DNA of 64,000 nucleotides, from the NCBI GenBank assembly GCA_048571215.1, contig CP182352.1, positions 1,728,001 through 1,792,000 of the forward strand, given 5' to 3'. A program made the translations under genes and the position numbers. The DNA comes from Halarcobacter sp. GTDB lineage: Bacteria; Campylobacterota; Campylobacteria; Campylobacterales; Arcobacteraceae. Position 1 is the stretch's first letter, and every line of letters starts with the position of its first letter. Below the pieces are notes generated by a model that saw only the letters and a list, made by a program, of their open reading frames with translations, did not search any database and was not told the DNA's origin. This document shows positions 21,037-32,168 of this stretch, in pieces.

Positions 21037-21841
21037 AAATATATTTGCTTTTATTGTTCCTTTAACTGCAATGTTAATCTCCTTTATCATTTATCTATTT
21101 GCTTCAAATATATTAGAAAACTATAAAATAAAAATAGCAAATGATTATTCAATTGTTATTGTAACAAACACACCACTAATAAAAGAGGATCTTACAAAAC
21201 TTGCAGGAATAAATGTTGAGAAAATCATCACCTTAGAAAAAGAGAAAATAATTAATGATATAAAAAATAGTCTCTCTCCCACTTCTATTATTCTTTTAAA
21301 ACAAAAACTTCCACACTTTTATAAAATACAACTTGAAGTATTTCCAACAACTTCGGAACTTGAAATCATAAAAAATACCCTTTATCAAAATAAAAACATT
21401 AGAAAAGTAGAAATATTTTCAAAAAACCATAATAATATCTATCTTCTACTGTTGTTACTTAGTCAAATAAGTTTGATACTATTTACTATTATTACAGTCT
21501 TTGCTATTATAATTATCTCAAAACAAATTAGAATTTGGTTTTATGAACACCACGAAAAAATCACAATATTAAAACTACATGGGGCGTCTATTTTATATAG
21601 TTCCTCTGCCATATTAAAATATGCTATTATAAGTGCTATTTTGTCATTTATAATAGTTTCTGGAATATTTATTTACCTAATAGGCAATATTGGGGTAATT
21701 TTACCTGATGATTTAGAAAATATTGTTATTGTAAATTTAAATCTAAATGAAGCACTCACTGAGATTTTTATTCTCTCATTTGGAATATCAATATTAACAA
21801 TTATTGGAGTACTATTAAAGTATAAGTTAAAACATGATTAA
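21023..21841 (+). CDS. ftsX: Cell division permease
   Basis: 4-TM topology, ILKLHGAS motif, located between ftsE and envC-like gene. Confidence 0.85.
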   Translation: MKFLKNIFAFIVPLTAMLISFIIYLFASNILENYKIKIANDYSIVIVTNTPLIKEDLTKLAGINVEKIITLEKEKIINDIKNSLSPTSIILLKQKLPHFYKIQLEVFPTTSELEIIKNTLYQNKNIRKVEIFSKNHNNIYLLLLLLSQISLILFTIITVFAIIIISKQIRIWFYEHHEKITILKLHGASILYSSSAILKYAIISAILSFIIVSGIFIYLIGNIGVILPDDLENIVIVNLNLNEALTEIFILSFGISILTIIGVLLKYKLKHD

Positions 21842-23108
21842 GTTTATAATTCTTTTATTTATTAGTTTTACTTTTTTAAATTCTGCAAATAGCATTGATA
21901 AAAAGATATTAAGCAATAAAAAAATACTTAACAAAAATAAATCGGTTCAATTAAGAACAGACCTTCAAGTTAAAATCTTAGCTAAACAAATCTCCAATCA
22001 AAATAATGAACTAAACAAACTTGAAAATGATATTAAAATCATAAACAGTGATATTATAGTGCATGAAGAGAAACTAAAAAATGCAAAAAAATCTCTTGTC
22101 AATTTACAAAATAATTCAAAATCACTAATGGAAAAGAAAAGGGAAAATGAAGAGCAAATAGTAAAGGTTATAATAGAAGACTTTTCCTCTTCAATAGCAC
22201 TTAAACTTGCAAATGAAAGCACTCTTGATGAATTAATAGATTCAGAAGTTTATAAAATACTTTCACAAAACTCAAAAGATGAGATATTAAAACTAAACAA
22301 CAGTTATGAGATAATTACCCAAAATAAAAAAGATAATCAAAATAAAATTGAAGATATTTCAGATTATATTAAAAAAAGAAAAGAGAAAAAAAAGTATTTA
22401 GCAAGTTTAAAACGTAAATACTCTAATTCCTTAGTTACTTTAGAAAAAAAACATAAAGAGTATCAAAAACAACTAAGAAAAATTATTTCAAAACAAGAAT
22501 CACTAAAAAATCTTTTAGGAAAATTAAACATCTTAAAAAAAGAGCAGCTAGAAGCAGAAAGAAAAAAAAGATTGGCACGAGCAAAAGCCGCAAAAAGAAA
22601 AAAGAAAAAAAGTGGCAAATATGATATAAATGATGAAAGAAATAGTAAATATGCAGACGATATTGATATGGATATTAGAATGATTGGTTCATCAACTTCT
22701 GGAATAAAAATATCAAGATATAGAGGTAAAAAAACTATTGCACCACTTGATTCTTTTAAAGTTGTTAAAAAATTTGGTAAATACTATGATCCAGTATATA
22801 AAATAGAACTATTTAATGAATCAATGATACTAAAATCAAAAATCCCTCAAGCAAAAGTAAAATCAATCTGGAATGGAAAAATTGTATATGCCAAAAAAGA
22901 TGCTGGATTATTAGAAAATGTTGTTATTATTCAACACTCTAATGGAATCCATACTATTTATTCACATCTAGATAAAATCTCTCCCTCTTTAAAAGTTGGC
23001 AGATGGATTAAACAAGGGTATGTTGTAGGTAGAGTGAATGATAGTTTAACTTTCCAAGCAACAAAAAATGAAGCCCACGTTGACCCAAAAGATCTCTTTA
23101 GAATATAA
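21834..23108 (+). CDS. envC: EnvC-like murein hydrolase activator (coiled coil plus degenerate M23)
   Basis: Signal peptide, long coiled coil, IIQHSNGIHTIYSHL. Confidence 0.82.
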   Translation: MIKFIILLFISFTFLNSANSIDKKILSNKKILNKNKSVQLRTDLQVKILAKQISNQNNELNKLENDIKIINSDIIVHEEKLKNAKKSLVNLQNNSKSLMEKKRENEEQIVKVIIEDFSSSIALKLANESTLDELIDSEVYKILSQNSKDEILKLNNSYEIITQNKKDNQNKIEDISDYIKKRKEKKKYLASLKRKYSNSLVTLEKKHKEYQKQLRKIISKQESLKNLLGKLNILKKEQLEAERKKRLARAKAAKRKKKKSGKYDINDERNSKYADDIDMDIRMIGSSTSGIKISRYRGKKTIAPLDSFKVVKKFGKYYDPVYKIELFNESMILKSKIPQAKVKSIWNGKIVYAKKDAGLLENVVIIQHSNGIHTIYSHLDKISPSLKVGRWIKQGYVVGRVNDSLTFQATKNEAHVDPKDLFRI

Positions 23109-23189
23109 GTATTTCTTATTTTTAGCCTATAATTATAGATAGTTTAAGTGCATTTTTACTAGAATATCAGGTTTTAAGGTGGTTTATTA

Positions 23190-25034
23190 ATGAAAAAAAA
23201 TATTATTCTAAATTCTGTTATAATGGTTATAGTTTTATCTATATCTATTACTGTATTAAGTTTGTACAACTTAAGAACTTCTGGTATCAAATCAGCTATT
23301 CATAATGCTCTATCTATTTCAGAAGTAGTAAAAAGTGGTTTAACTTCTCATATGGTAAATGATAATATGGGTGAGGTTCAAACCTTTATGCAATCTGTTT
23401 CAAATATAAAAAATATTGATAAACTTTGGCTTGTTAGAAGTGATTTAGTAAATAAACAATTTAAGACAACAAACCACAATAAACCAAGAGATGCAATCGA
23501 TAAAGAAGTTTTAAAAACAGGTAAAATGATTTATATTTTGGATGAATCAATTACAAAATCCTCAGTAAGAGTTACTATCCCATATAATGCTATAGCAGAC
23601 AAAGGAGTTAACTGTTTAAATTGCCATCATGTTCAACCTGGTGCCACATTAGGAGCCATTACCTTAGTTGCAGATATTAGTACCTTAAAAGAGATAGGTA
23701 TTGAATCTTTATATGTAATATCTGTAATCATACTAATCACAATAATCTTTTTCTTGATATATAGTAAAAAAATCATTTCACCTTACTTTAAACTTTATGA
23801 ATTATTTAAAATAAATATGTCACAAGCAACCCTTGGAAAATTTGAAAAAGTTACTCCCCCACCTGGTTTAGCAAAGGAGATGAAAGTTATCACTGATGAT
23901 TATAATAATCTTTTACAAACCTTTAAAGAAACTGCTGGAGATATAGATAAAAAGTTGCAAGGATTTATTGGTTACAAAAATTCAAGTACAGAAAGAAATC
24001 CACTAAAAGAATCAAAAGAGATTATCGACAATTTATCAAATCTATATCAATATAAAAAGCAAGTTGAGTTAGATAGTTCTTTAGATGAAATATATACAAG
24101 ATTAGCTCAAGTTTTTGAAAATAAGTTTGGTCTAAAAAACTTCACTTTTGCAGAGATAGATATGACTAAACACAAGATGAAAAAACTTATTCAAAGAGGT
24201 AAATCATTTTATTGTGAAAAAACAATGGAAACAAACCCTGAATGGTGTAGATGTGCTAGGACAAAAAGTGATGTAATCTCAATAGATTTTCACAATAGTT
24301 GTAGATATTTTGAAAATAAAGAAAAGTTTTATTATTGTATGAATATCAATATTGCAAAAAATAAATTCTTGATTATCCATTTTACTTGTAATACAAAAGA
24401 AGAATTAGAGCAACTAAAAGAAAAAATAGTATTTATAAAAAACTATTTAACAGAAACAGCTCCTGCAATTGAAGTGAAACTTCTGATGGCTGCACTTAAA
24501 GATTCTGCATTTAGAGATGGCTTAACAGGGCTTTATAATAGAAAATTTTTAGATGAACATACTAAAAAACTTATTCCTCAAGTAAAAAGAAATAATACAA
24601 ATATTGGAGTTCTTATGCTCGATATGGATCATTTTAAAGCTGTAAATGATGAGTATGGACATGATATTGGGGATAAAGTTTTAAAAGAATTAGCAATAAT
24701 TTTAGAAGAGAATGTAAGAGAATCAGATCTTGTCATTAGATATGGGGGAGAAGAGTTTATCATACTTCTTGTAGATGTTATATCAGAAGATGCAGCACTA
24801 AATGTTGCACAAAAAATAGGTCAAAAAGTAAGAGATAATGAGATATCTGTTTATGCAGGTAATAAACTTAAAAAGACAATAAGTATTGGTCTATCTATGT
24901 ACCCAAAAGATTCAAAAGTTCTAGATACTGTTATTAAAAATGCTGATATCGCCTTATATGAAGCAAAAAGTACAGGAAGAGATAAAGTTGTTAGATTTAA
25001 AGAAGAGCAAATTTCTAGTGTTGATTTATTTTAA
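23190..25034 (+). CDS. Membrane diguanylate cyclase with periplasmic CxxCH sensor
   Basis: Two TMs flanking a domain with CLNCH; DGLTGLYNR, RESD I-site, GGEEF. Confidence 0.92.
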   Translation: MKKNIILNSVIMVIVLSISITVLSLYNLRTSGIKSAIHNALSISEVVKSGLTSHMVNDNMGEVQTFMQSVSNIKNIDKLWLVRSDLVNKQFKTTNHNKPRDAIDKEVLKTGKMIYILDESITKSSVRVTIPYNAIADKGVNCLNCHHVQPGATLGAITLVADISTLKEIGIESLYVISVIILITIIFFLIYSKKIISPYFKLYELFKINMSQATLGKFEKVTPPPGLAKEMKVITDDYNNLLQTFKETAGDIDKKLQGFIGYKNSSTERNPLKESKEIIDNLSNLYQYKKQVELDSSLDEIYTRLAQVFENKFGLKNFTFAEIDMTKHKMKKLIQRGKSFYCEKTMETNPEWCRCARTKSDVISIDFHNSCRYFENKEKFYYCMNINIAKNKFLIIHFTCNTKEELEQLKEKIVFIKNYLTETAPAIEVKLLMAALKDSAFRDGLTGLYNRKFLDEHTKKLIPQVKRNNTNIGVLMLDMDHFKAVNDEYGHDIGDKVLKELAIILEENVRESDLVIRYGGEEFIILLVDVISEDAALNVAQKIGQKVRDNEISVYAGNKLKKTISIGLSMYPKDSKVLDTVIKNADIALYEAKSTGRDKVVRFKEEQISSVDLF

Positions 25035-25041
25035 ACAATAA

Positions 25042-25842
25042 ATGAAAATTAGTGTAATCATCCCTAGCTTTAATAGAGAAAAACTAATTGCTAAAGCTAT
25101 AAAAAGTGTTCAAGACCAAAGTGTCAAAGTAGATGAGATTATAGTAGTAGATGATGGCTCAACTGATAATACTAAGGAGTTATTAAAAGATTTTAATATT
25201 AGGTATATTTACCAAAAAAACAAAGGTGTTTCAGCTGCAAGAAATGTAGGAATCACCCATGCAAAAAACCAATGGTTGGCTTTTTTAGATTCTGATGATA
25301 TCTGGCATAAAGAAAAAATTAAACACCATATTGATTTACACCAAAACAATAAAAAACTCCTTGCATCTTTTACCGATGAACTGTGGATTAGGAACAATAA
25401 AGAGATTAAGCTAAAACAATATCAACAAAAAACTAATCCAAGCTTTTCTAACTCTTTAAGATTATGTAAAATAGGAACCTCCACATTTTTTTGTCACAAA
25501 AAAGTTTTTGGAGATATTGGCTTATTTGATGAATCACTAAAGGCTTGTGAGGATTATGATTTATGGCTAAGAGTTTTATTGGATTATGAAATCAAATACA
25601 TAAATAAAAAACTTACAACAAAATATGCAGGGCATGAAAATCAACTATCTTTTAATACAAAACTTATTGATACCTATAGAATAGAAGCTTTAGAAAAACA
25701 TATAAATACTCCACATAAAAAAGAGGTTATAGAAGAGATTATTTATAAAATAGATATTTTATTGAAAGGTGCCATCAAACATCAAAATGATGATTTGATT
25801 ATATTTTATAAAGATAAGCTAAAAAATATAATGAATCATTGA
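25042..25842 (+). CDS. Glycosyltransferase family 2
   Basis: SVIIPSFNR, VVDDGSTD, AFLDSDD, EDYDLWLR. Confidence 0.92.
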   Translation: MKISVIIPSFNREKLIAKAIKSVQDQSVKVDEIIVVDDGSTDNTKELLKDFNIRYIYQKNKGVSAARNVGITHAKNQWLAFLDSDDIWHKEKIKHHIDLHQNNKKLLASFTDELWIRNNKEIKLKQYQQKTNPSFSNSLRLCKIGTSTFFCHKKVFGDIGLFDESLKACEDYDLWLRVLLDYEIKYINKKLTTKYAGHENQLSFNTKLIDTYRIEALEKHINTPHKKEVIEEIIYKIDILLKGAIKHQNDDLIIFYKDKLKNIMNH

Positions 25843-25854
25843 TAGGAAAAGCTA

Positions 25855-28218
25855 TTAAGCTTTTCCATCAAAATTGTTTTCATTTACATTATTTACAATA
25901 TCATTTGCTATATCATTTGTTTCTTTTGCTATTTCATTTGTTTTATCAGCTATAGAAGCATTTTCCTGAGTAAATTTATCTAATTGGTTTACTGCATCAC
26001 TAATTTGAATCATACCAGTATTTTGCTCTTTTGCAGCATTTGTAACATCATCAATCAAATGACTTGTACTAGCAATTTTTTCCTCAAGTTCACTAAAACC
26101 TTCAATCATTGTTGTACTTATTTTTTTACCCTCATCTGCTTTGACAGTTGCTAACTCAACAAGATCTTTAATCTCTTTAGCAGCTTCAGCACTTCTACTT
26201 GCTAGATTCCTAACCTCCCCAGCAACTACTGCAAAACCTTTTCCAGCTTCACCTGCAGTTGCAGCTTCTACTGCTGCATTTAGTGAAAGAATATTTGTTT
26301 GGAAGGCGATTTGATCAATCACTGAAATAGCATCATTGATTGCAATTACAGTTTTATTTATTGAATCCATAGAGTTAACAGTTTTATTTGCTAAGTCTTT
26401 TCCCACATGTGCAGATTCTTGTGTTGCACCTGAGATTTGTAACATCTCTTGCGCTTTTTCACTTGTTTGTCTAATATTTCCTGTAATCTCTTCAATTGAA
26501 GCTGCAGTTTCTTCTAATGATGCTGCTTGACTTGTGGCATTTTCATTTAAAATCTTTACATTTGAAGTAAGCTGATTTGATCTATTTTGTAAACTTATAC
26601 CATCTTCTTGATTACTTTGTAAAATCTTAGTAATCATTCTATTCATATTAATAATATCAGTACCAATTTTACCACTATTTTTAGCATCAATTTTTACTGT
26701 AAAATCTCTATTTGCATATTGTTCTAAGACATCACTTAAGGTATTAATATTTGTACCAACAAGAGCTTGTACATTGTCAAGCATATTATTAAGTAAGGAC
26801 TTTAACTCTTCTAGTGATTCATTATTTGTTGAATTAGTTATTCTTTTATCTAAAAATCCTTCTCCAACATTATGAACAATCTCTTTAACATCATTTATCA
26901 AAATATTATCCTGTTCTATAATATTTTTTGTCTTCTCAATATTTTCATTAACCAATAAAGACATGCTTCCAATCTCGTCATTTGAAGTTATCTCTAAAGA
27001 CTTAATATTTTTTTCTTCTTTATTTACATACCTAAAGAAATGAAGTAGACCATTTTGAAACTTATTTAATGGTTTTACTATAATATTATTCATAATAAGA
27101 ATTGAGATAAATCCTAAGATAATAATTATTATTAGTACAATTATAGAGATTTTTACAATTGAGGAGTTTATACTTTTATTAGTTCTATCATTGATTTGTT
27201 TTATATCTGCTTCTACATCTGTTATATATGAACCAGTTCCAATTATAAAATCCCAAGGTTCAAATTTTCTAACATAAGAAAACTTTTTAAAATCACCTTT
27301 TTTACCAGGTATAGTCCAAAAATATTTTACTAAACCACCATCTTTATTAGCATTTGCAACCTTTACTATCTCTTTATATATAAAAGTTCCTTTTTTGTCT
27401 TTTAATTCAGACATATTTTTTCCAACCATAGAATCTTTTTGTCCATGCATTAGAACTTTATAGTTAGAATCATTTATCCAAAAATATCCCGTTTTACCAT
27501 ATCCCATATTTTTTATAGCTGTTAATGCTTCCTCTTTCATTTTTTCAGAAACATTATCTATATATTCACCTGTTCCAACAACCCAATTAAAAGGTTTAAA
27601 CATCTTCACATATGATACTTTTGGTTGAGCTTGATCAAATCCTGGTTTATCCCATAAGTATTTCAAAAACCCTTCCCCTTTAGGTGATGTTCCAAGTGCA
27701 ACTAAATCTTTTATAAGATACACTCCATTTTTATCTTGCAAGTGGGATAGGTTTTTACCCTCTAATTGTGGTTTAGTTGGTAAAGATATACAAACTCCAT
27801 TTGGGTCATATACGAAAAAATATCCAGATTTACCAAATCTTGCATCATTTAAGATTGATTTTAATCTTTTTTTCATCTCCTCATTTGAAAGTGTATTTTT
27901 ATATTTATTATATTCCCCTTCTAGAATAGAAAAAATATAATTAGTTTGTTCTCTTAAATAATCCTCAACCTCTTCTTGTATTTTATCTTGTGATGTTCTT
28001 GCATAATAGGATTCTACTGTTTTATATGCTAAAGATACATAGTTCTTAAGTTCATTCTCTTTTGCTGTATATGCACTTTTTGCTGATAATTCACTTGTTG
28101 ATTTTGCTTCATTTTTCATTGTATAAATTGACTCAAAAAGCATAATAACTGCAACTATAACGATAGAACCAACTACTGTAGAAAGCAGTTTAACTTTTAT
28201 TGAACTATTTTTTAACAT
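25855..28218 (-). CDS. Methyl-accepting chemotaxis protein with two Cache_2-type domains
   Basis: Two GYF..D...KVSYV/KFSYV...GTG repeats; IAFQTNILSLNAAVEAATAGEAGKGFAVVAGEVR. Confidence 0.95.
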   Translation of the reverse strand: MLKNSSIKVKLLSTVVGSIVIVAVIMLFESIYTMKNEAKSTSELSAKSAYTAKENELKNYVSLAYKTVESYYARTSQDKIQEEVEDYLREQTNYIFSILEGEYNKYKNTLSNEEMKKRLKSILNDARFGKSGYFFVYDPNGVCISLPTKPQLEGKNLSHLQDKNGVYLIKDLVALGTSPKGEGFLKYLWDKPGFDQAQPKVSYVKMFKPFNWVVGTGEYIDNVSEKMKEEALTAIKNMGYGKTGYFWINDSNYKVLMHGQKDSMVGKNMSELKDKKGTFIYKEIVKVANANKDGGLVKYFWTIPGKKGDFKKFSYVRKFEPWDFIIGTGSYITDVEADIKQINDRTNKSINSSIVKISIIVLIIIIILGFISILIMNNIIVKPLNKFQNGLLHFFRYVNKEEKNIKSLEITSNDEIGSMSLLVNENIEKTKNIIEQDNILINDVKEIVHNVGEGFLDKRITNSTNNESLEELKSLLNNMLDNVQALVGTNINTLSDVLEQYANRDFTVKIDAKNSGKIGTDIINMNRMITKILQSNQEDGISLQNRSNQLTSNVKILNENATSQAASLEETAASIEEITGNIRQTSEKAQEMLQISGATQESAHVGKDLANKTVNSMDSINKTVIAINDAISVIDQIAFQTNILSLNAAVEAATAGEAGKGFAVVAGEVRNLASRSAEAAKEIKDLVELATVKADEGKKISTTMIEGFSELEEKIASTSHLIDDVTNAAKEQNTGMIQISDAVNQLDKFTQENASIADKTNEIAKETNDIANDIVNNVNENNFDGKA

Positions 28219-28389
28219 ATATTTCCCCTGTTGTTAGTTATATTATTATAACACAATTAATTTTTTATTATAAGTTTATCTTTTAAGTTTATTTTATTTA
28301 TTGTATAAAAAATAAACAAAAGTGTAAGATAAAAGTAGATTTTATAAAGAATAAAAAAATGAATTTTAGAAAATATTTTTTATGTGAAT

Positions 28390-28419
28390 TAGAGTAAAGC
28401 AATTTAATGCTTTACTCTA
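28390..28419. terminator. 12-bp hairpin downstream of dapD
   Basis: tagagtaaagca / tgctttactcta perfect stem, 6-nt loop, weak U-tract. Confidence 0.55.
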
Positions 28420-28427
28420 TAGTTTTG

Positions 28428-29615
28428 TTAGTGAAGGTCAGCGTTTAGTTTTACTTCTCTTGTTGATCTCATAGCAATAATTTGACCATTTACTGAGTTT
28501 TGTCTAAAATGAACTCCATTTACACCTAAGAAGTCCATACCTCTCATAAGTGTTTTAATCTCTTTGTCTGGATTAATCTCTTTGATTGCAGCAACCGCTT
28601 TTTCAGAAAGTGTGATTTTAGTTCCTGGTAAAATTGTTACACCAGCATCTAAGATACATCCATCACCAATTGCAGTACCTGTACAAGAGTTAGCTCCAAG
28701 AAGAGTATTCTCACCAATTGATACAGGAACACCATCTGTTCCAGAAAGTACTCCAAGAATTGAAGCACCACCACCAACATCAGAACCAGCACCAACTACA
28801 GCTGATGAAGAGATTCTTCCTTCAACCATAACAACACCTTCAGTACCTGCATTAAAGTTAATATATGCAGCCCCAGGCATAACAGTTGTACCAGCTGCTA
28901 ATTGTGCACCAAATCTAACTTTTGAAGTTTCTAATATTCTTGTGTTATCTGCTGGAATTACATGAGATAAGAATCTTGGGAATTTATCTACCATTGTAAT
29001 CTCTGGATATTTGTTAGCTAATTTTAATGTAACTTCATTTTCTCTTAACCAATCTAATTCAATTGGAGTAGAACCAGACCATGCGCAGTTATGTAGTTTT
29101 CCAAATACACCATCAAGATTTAAGCTTCTTAATTTTGCTTTTCCTGTTGATAGAGCATAAAGTTTTAAATATGCAGTTTCTGTACAAGCTACAGGCTCAT
29201 CATCAAAAATAAATACAACTTTGAAATTATCTGCTGTTAAACCAGAATCAATAGGCAATGAAGCTAATTGAGATACAACTTGAACATTTTTATGCTCAAC
29301 ACCTTTTGCTTCTGGGATATAAGGTCTAAAAGACTCAATGCAAGCTGTTAAAAACTTGTCATCAACACCACAAACTAATTCAGACTTAGATGTATCTACA
29401 TCAGCTCCAGCTTGTTTTAAAGCATCTAAAAATATAGCTGCACTACCTAAGTTTTCATTCCAGTTTAATACAGGGAAAGTTGCTTGTAAAATTTTTTCAG
29501 GATTTAATTGTCCTCTATCAACTCTTGCAATACCAAAACCAATAGGATTTCTATACCAAGATTGAGATTGAATCTCTTCTATTTTCTTTTTAAAATCATC
29601 TTTTGTAAATGTCAT
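28428..29615 (-). CDS. dapD: Tetrahydrodipicolinate N-succinyltransferase
   Basis: VDKFPR, YINFNAGT, MVEGRISS, GGGASILGVLSG. Confidence 0.95.
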   Translation of the reverse strand: MTFTKDDFKKKIEEIQSQSWYRNPIGFGIARVDRGQLNPEKILQATFPVLNWNENLGSAAIFLDALKQAGADVDTSKSELVCGVDDKFLTACIESFRPYIPEAKGVEHKNVQVVSQLASLPIDSGLTADNFKVVFIFDDEPVACTETAYLKLYALSTGKAKLRSLNLDGVFGKLHNCAWSGSTPIELDWLRENEVTLKLANKYPEITMVDKFPRFLSHVIPADNTRILETSKVRFGAQLAAGTTVMPGAAYINFNAGTEGVVMVEGRISSSAVVGAGSDVGGGASILGVLSGTDGVPVSIGENTLLGANSCTGTAIGDGCILDAGVTILPGTKITLSEKAVAAIKEINPDKEIKTLMRGMDFLGVNGVHFRQNSVNGQIIAMRSTREVKLNADLH

Positions 29616-29680
29616 AAACCTTCCTTAAATTTTTTTGGATTATACTTAAATGTTCTCTAAATTCAGATTAAATAAAAAAA

Positions 29681-31528
29681 CTAATGAATTGTATCCATAT
29701 CTATTAAAGCCATAGTTGAATCTATGTTATGTAATGCTGTTAAAAGAGCTTTTATATTGGATGACCTTAATATAATCTCATATCTATATCGATTAGATAA
29801 TTTAAATATTGCACACTGACCAAAACCAACCACTTCAATATCATTATTTGATTTTAATATCTTTACATATTTATCTAATTCATCTTTTACTTTCAAACCA
29901 TTTGCATGGGCAAATATAACTCTTGCTAACTTTAGATATGGGGGATAAAGTTCTTGTCTAAACTCTAATTCACCTTTTAAAAACTCCTCATAATCACTAT
30001 CAATTAGATAATGTTTAAAAAACTCTTCATTTTTTGTTTGAACTATAACTTCACCCTCCCCTTTTCTTCCACTTCTTCCAGAGATTTGAATAAGCAAAGA
30101 TAGGGCTCTTTCCCTTGATTTGTAAGAATTCATATTTAAAACTGAATCAATACCAAGTACAACGGCAAGTTTCACATTATGATAATCATGCCCCTTTGAA
30201 AGCATTTGAGTACCAATTAAAATATCTATTTTATTACTATTGAAGTCATTTAATACAGTTTTTAGTTTAGTATCTGTTTTTATCTCATCCCTATCAAATC
30301 TTCTAATTGTTTTTGTAGGGAAAAGTTCATTTAATTGAGTTTCAATCTCTGCTGTACCAACTCTTAGATTATGAATAACTCCATTGTCACAATTAGGGCA
30401 TTTTTCAGGGATTTTTTGAGTATAGTTACAATAATGACATTTTAAAGCTAAATCGTTTTTATGTAAACTCATAGAAACTGAACAATAAGGGCATTCAACA
30501 GATTTTCCACAAGAGGTACATATTTGGTATTTATAGTTTGCTCTTGTTGGTAAAAATACTATCACTTGATGGTTATTATTTAATGTATTTGTTATTTTTG
30601 AGATAATATTATTTGATAAATCTTGAGAAGATTCATCAAAATAGATTGTTTTTGAAGTATCATAAAAGGTCTGCTTTAATCTAATATATGGAACTTTTAA
30701 AAAAGAAGAAGCGGAAGCAGTTGCACTTCCTAGTATTAACCTTATATCATATTTTTTAGATATATAAATGCTTAAATCTTTTGCATTAAGTCTTGGTTTA
30801 CTATCACTTTTATAAGAATCATCATGCTCCTCATCAACAACTATTAAACCAAGGTTTTCTAAGGGTAAAAAAAGAGCAGATCTAGCTCCAGCTATTAATT
30901 TGATTTTTGAACTTAATATCCCATTTATAATTGTTTCTTTTTTCTTTTTTGTAATTTTTGAATGCCAAATAGCAATAGCTTCACCAAATACTTTTTCTAA
31001 TCTTTTTTGCATTTGTGGAGTTAGTGATATTTCAGGCATTAAAAGAATAGCTTGTTTCCCTTCGTTTAAAACTTTTTCAATAGTTTTAATATATATCTCT
31101 GTTTTACCACTTCCAGTGTTTGCAAATAAAAGGGCTTGTTTTTTATCCTCTAAAAAATCATATGCCTCTTTTTGTTCCTTTGAAAGTTGTATATTTGAAT
31201 CAAATTTTTCATTATCATCAATAAGTTTTATATCTTTATCAAAAGGGGTATATATACTTAGTGCTTCACCTAAAGAACACACATAATATTGGGAAATAAA
31301 ACTTGCTATTTCTAACATCTTCTTACTATAATAGGCTAAACTAACCTCTACTATATCACTACAATTAAATTTTGGTTTTTCAACACTTTTTAAAACAACA
31401 GCTTCACTATTTATTTTTCTATTTCTAAGTTTTATTAATACTTTTGTGCCATCTGGTATATCAATATCAGATTGAAATGTTAAGGGGCTTAGGGGGGATT
31501 TTAGTAAGGCTACTTCATAATAATTCAT
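29681..31528 (-). CDS. priA: Primosomal protein N'
   Basis: TGSGKTE, PEISLTPQ, DEEHD, Cys clusters, GTQMLSKGHD. Confidence 0.96.
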   Translation of the reverse strand: MNYYEVALLKSPLSPLTFQSDIDIPDGTKVLIKLRNRKINSEAVVLKSVEKPKFNCSDIVEVSLAYYSKKMLEIASFISQYYVCSLGEALSIYTPFDKDIKLIDDNEKFDSNIQLSKEQKEAYDFLEDKKQALLFANTGSGKTEIYIKTIEKVLNEGKQAILLMPEISLTPQMQKRLEKVFGEAIAIWHSKITKKKKETIINGILSSKIKLIAGARSALFLPLENLGLIVVDEEHDDSYKSDSKPRLNAKDLSIYISKKYDIRLILGSATASASSFLKVPYIRLKQTFYDTSKTIYFDESSQDLSNNIISKITNTLNNNHQVIVFLPTRANYKYQICTSCGKSVECPYCSVSMSLHKNDLALKCHYCNYTQKIPEKCPNCDNGVIHNLRVGTAEIETQLNELFPTKTIRRFDRDEIKTDTKLKTVLNDFNSNKIDILIGTQMLSKGHDYHNVKLAVVLGIDSVLNMNSYKSRERALSLLIQISGRSGRKGEGEVIVQTKNEEFFKHYLIDSDYEEFLKGELEFRQELYPPYLKLARVIFAHANGLKVKDELDKYVKILKSNNDIEVVGFGQCAIFKLSNRYRYEIILRSSNIKALLTALHNIDSTMALIDMDTIH

Positions 31529-31956
31529 TCAAACTCTTCACATAATTTTTTACTATTTAAACACTTAAACAAAGAGTTTTTATACTTAAACTCTAAATAT
31601 TCATCACTATTAAAATATATTTTATAACTATTTGAAGAGGTTTTTATCCATTTTCCTAACTCTTTTTTTTCACTTGAAGTGGAAATTAATGGAAACTCTA
31701 AGATATTTTTAAAAAGTTTTGTATTTACTTCATCTACTTTTGCACTATCCAATAGGATTGGATTACTTATATTTTTTAAAATATTTTCACTATTTAGTTT
31801 TTCTATGGAGTTTCTAATCAAAGCTATTTGTGTCTTGATTTTAACTTTATTTGCATAATTTGTAGAGTCTAGGTATTTATTTAATGCAAAGGCAGCCAAA
31901 ATAGATAAAATCACTAAAACAATAATCAATTCAAACAAAGAAAAACTATTTTTCAT
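31525..31956 (-). CDS. Prepilin-type N-terminal cleavage/methylation protein
   Basis: MKNS-FSLFELIIVLVILSILAA. Confidence 0.85.
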   Translation of the reverse strand: MKNSFSLFELIIVLVILSILAAFALNKYLDSTNYANKVKIKTQIALIRNSIEKLNSENILKNISNPILLDSAKVDEVNTKLFKNILEFPLISTSSEKKELGKWIKTSSNSYKIYFNSDEYLEFKYKNSLFKCLNSKKLCEEFE

Positions 31957-31958
31957 AA

Positions 31959-32168
31959 TTAAAAATTTGGAATTTTATTGGTGATTTGTTCTATATCCTG
32001 CTTAGCAGAGTTAAACTCTTGTGCAAGTCTTATATAAGCTGTTAAGAGTTCTTTTGTATCTACATTTTTATTTGCGTCTAGATTTCTAGTTAGTTCTTCT
32101 TTTAAGCCTTGATCAACGCTAATTGTATAAGCCATATTATTTATATGGAAGGTTAACTTACTTTCCAT
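31959..32168 (-). CDS. Small protein, ZapA-like
   Basis: MESKLTFHINNMAYTI...; overlaps stop of ZapB-like gene; ZapA call rests on size and context. Confidence 0.55.
   Translation of the reverse strand: MESKLTFHINNMAYTISVDQGLKEELTRNLDANKNVDTKELLTAYIRLAQEFNSAKQDIEQITNKIPNF

Noticed and set aside
31492..31497. G6 tract in priA and other short homopolymers as phase-variation sites
   Set aside because: Too short compared with typical G8+ contingency tracts; frames are intact
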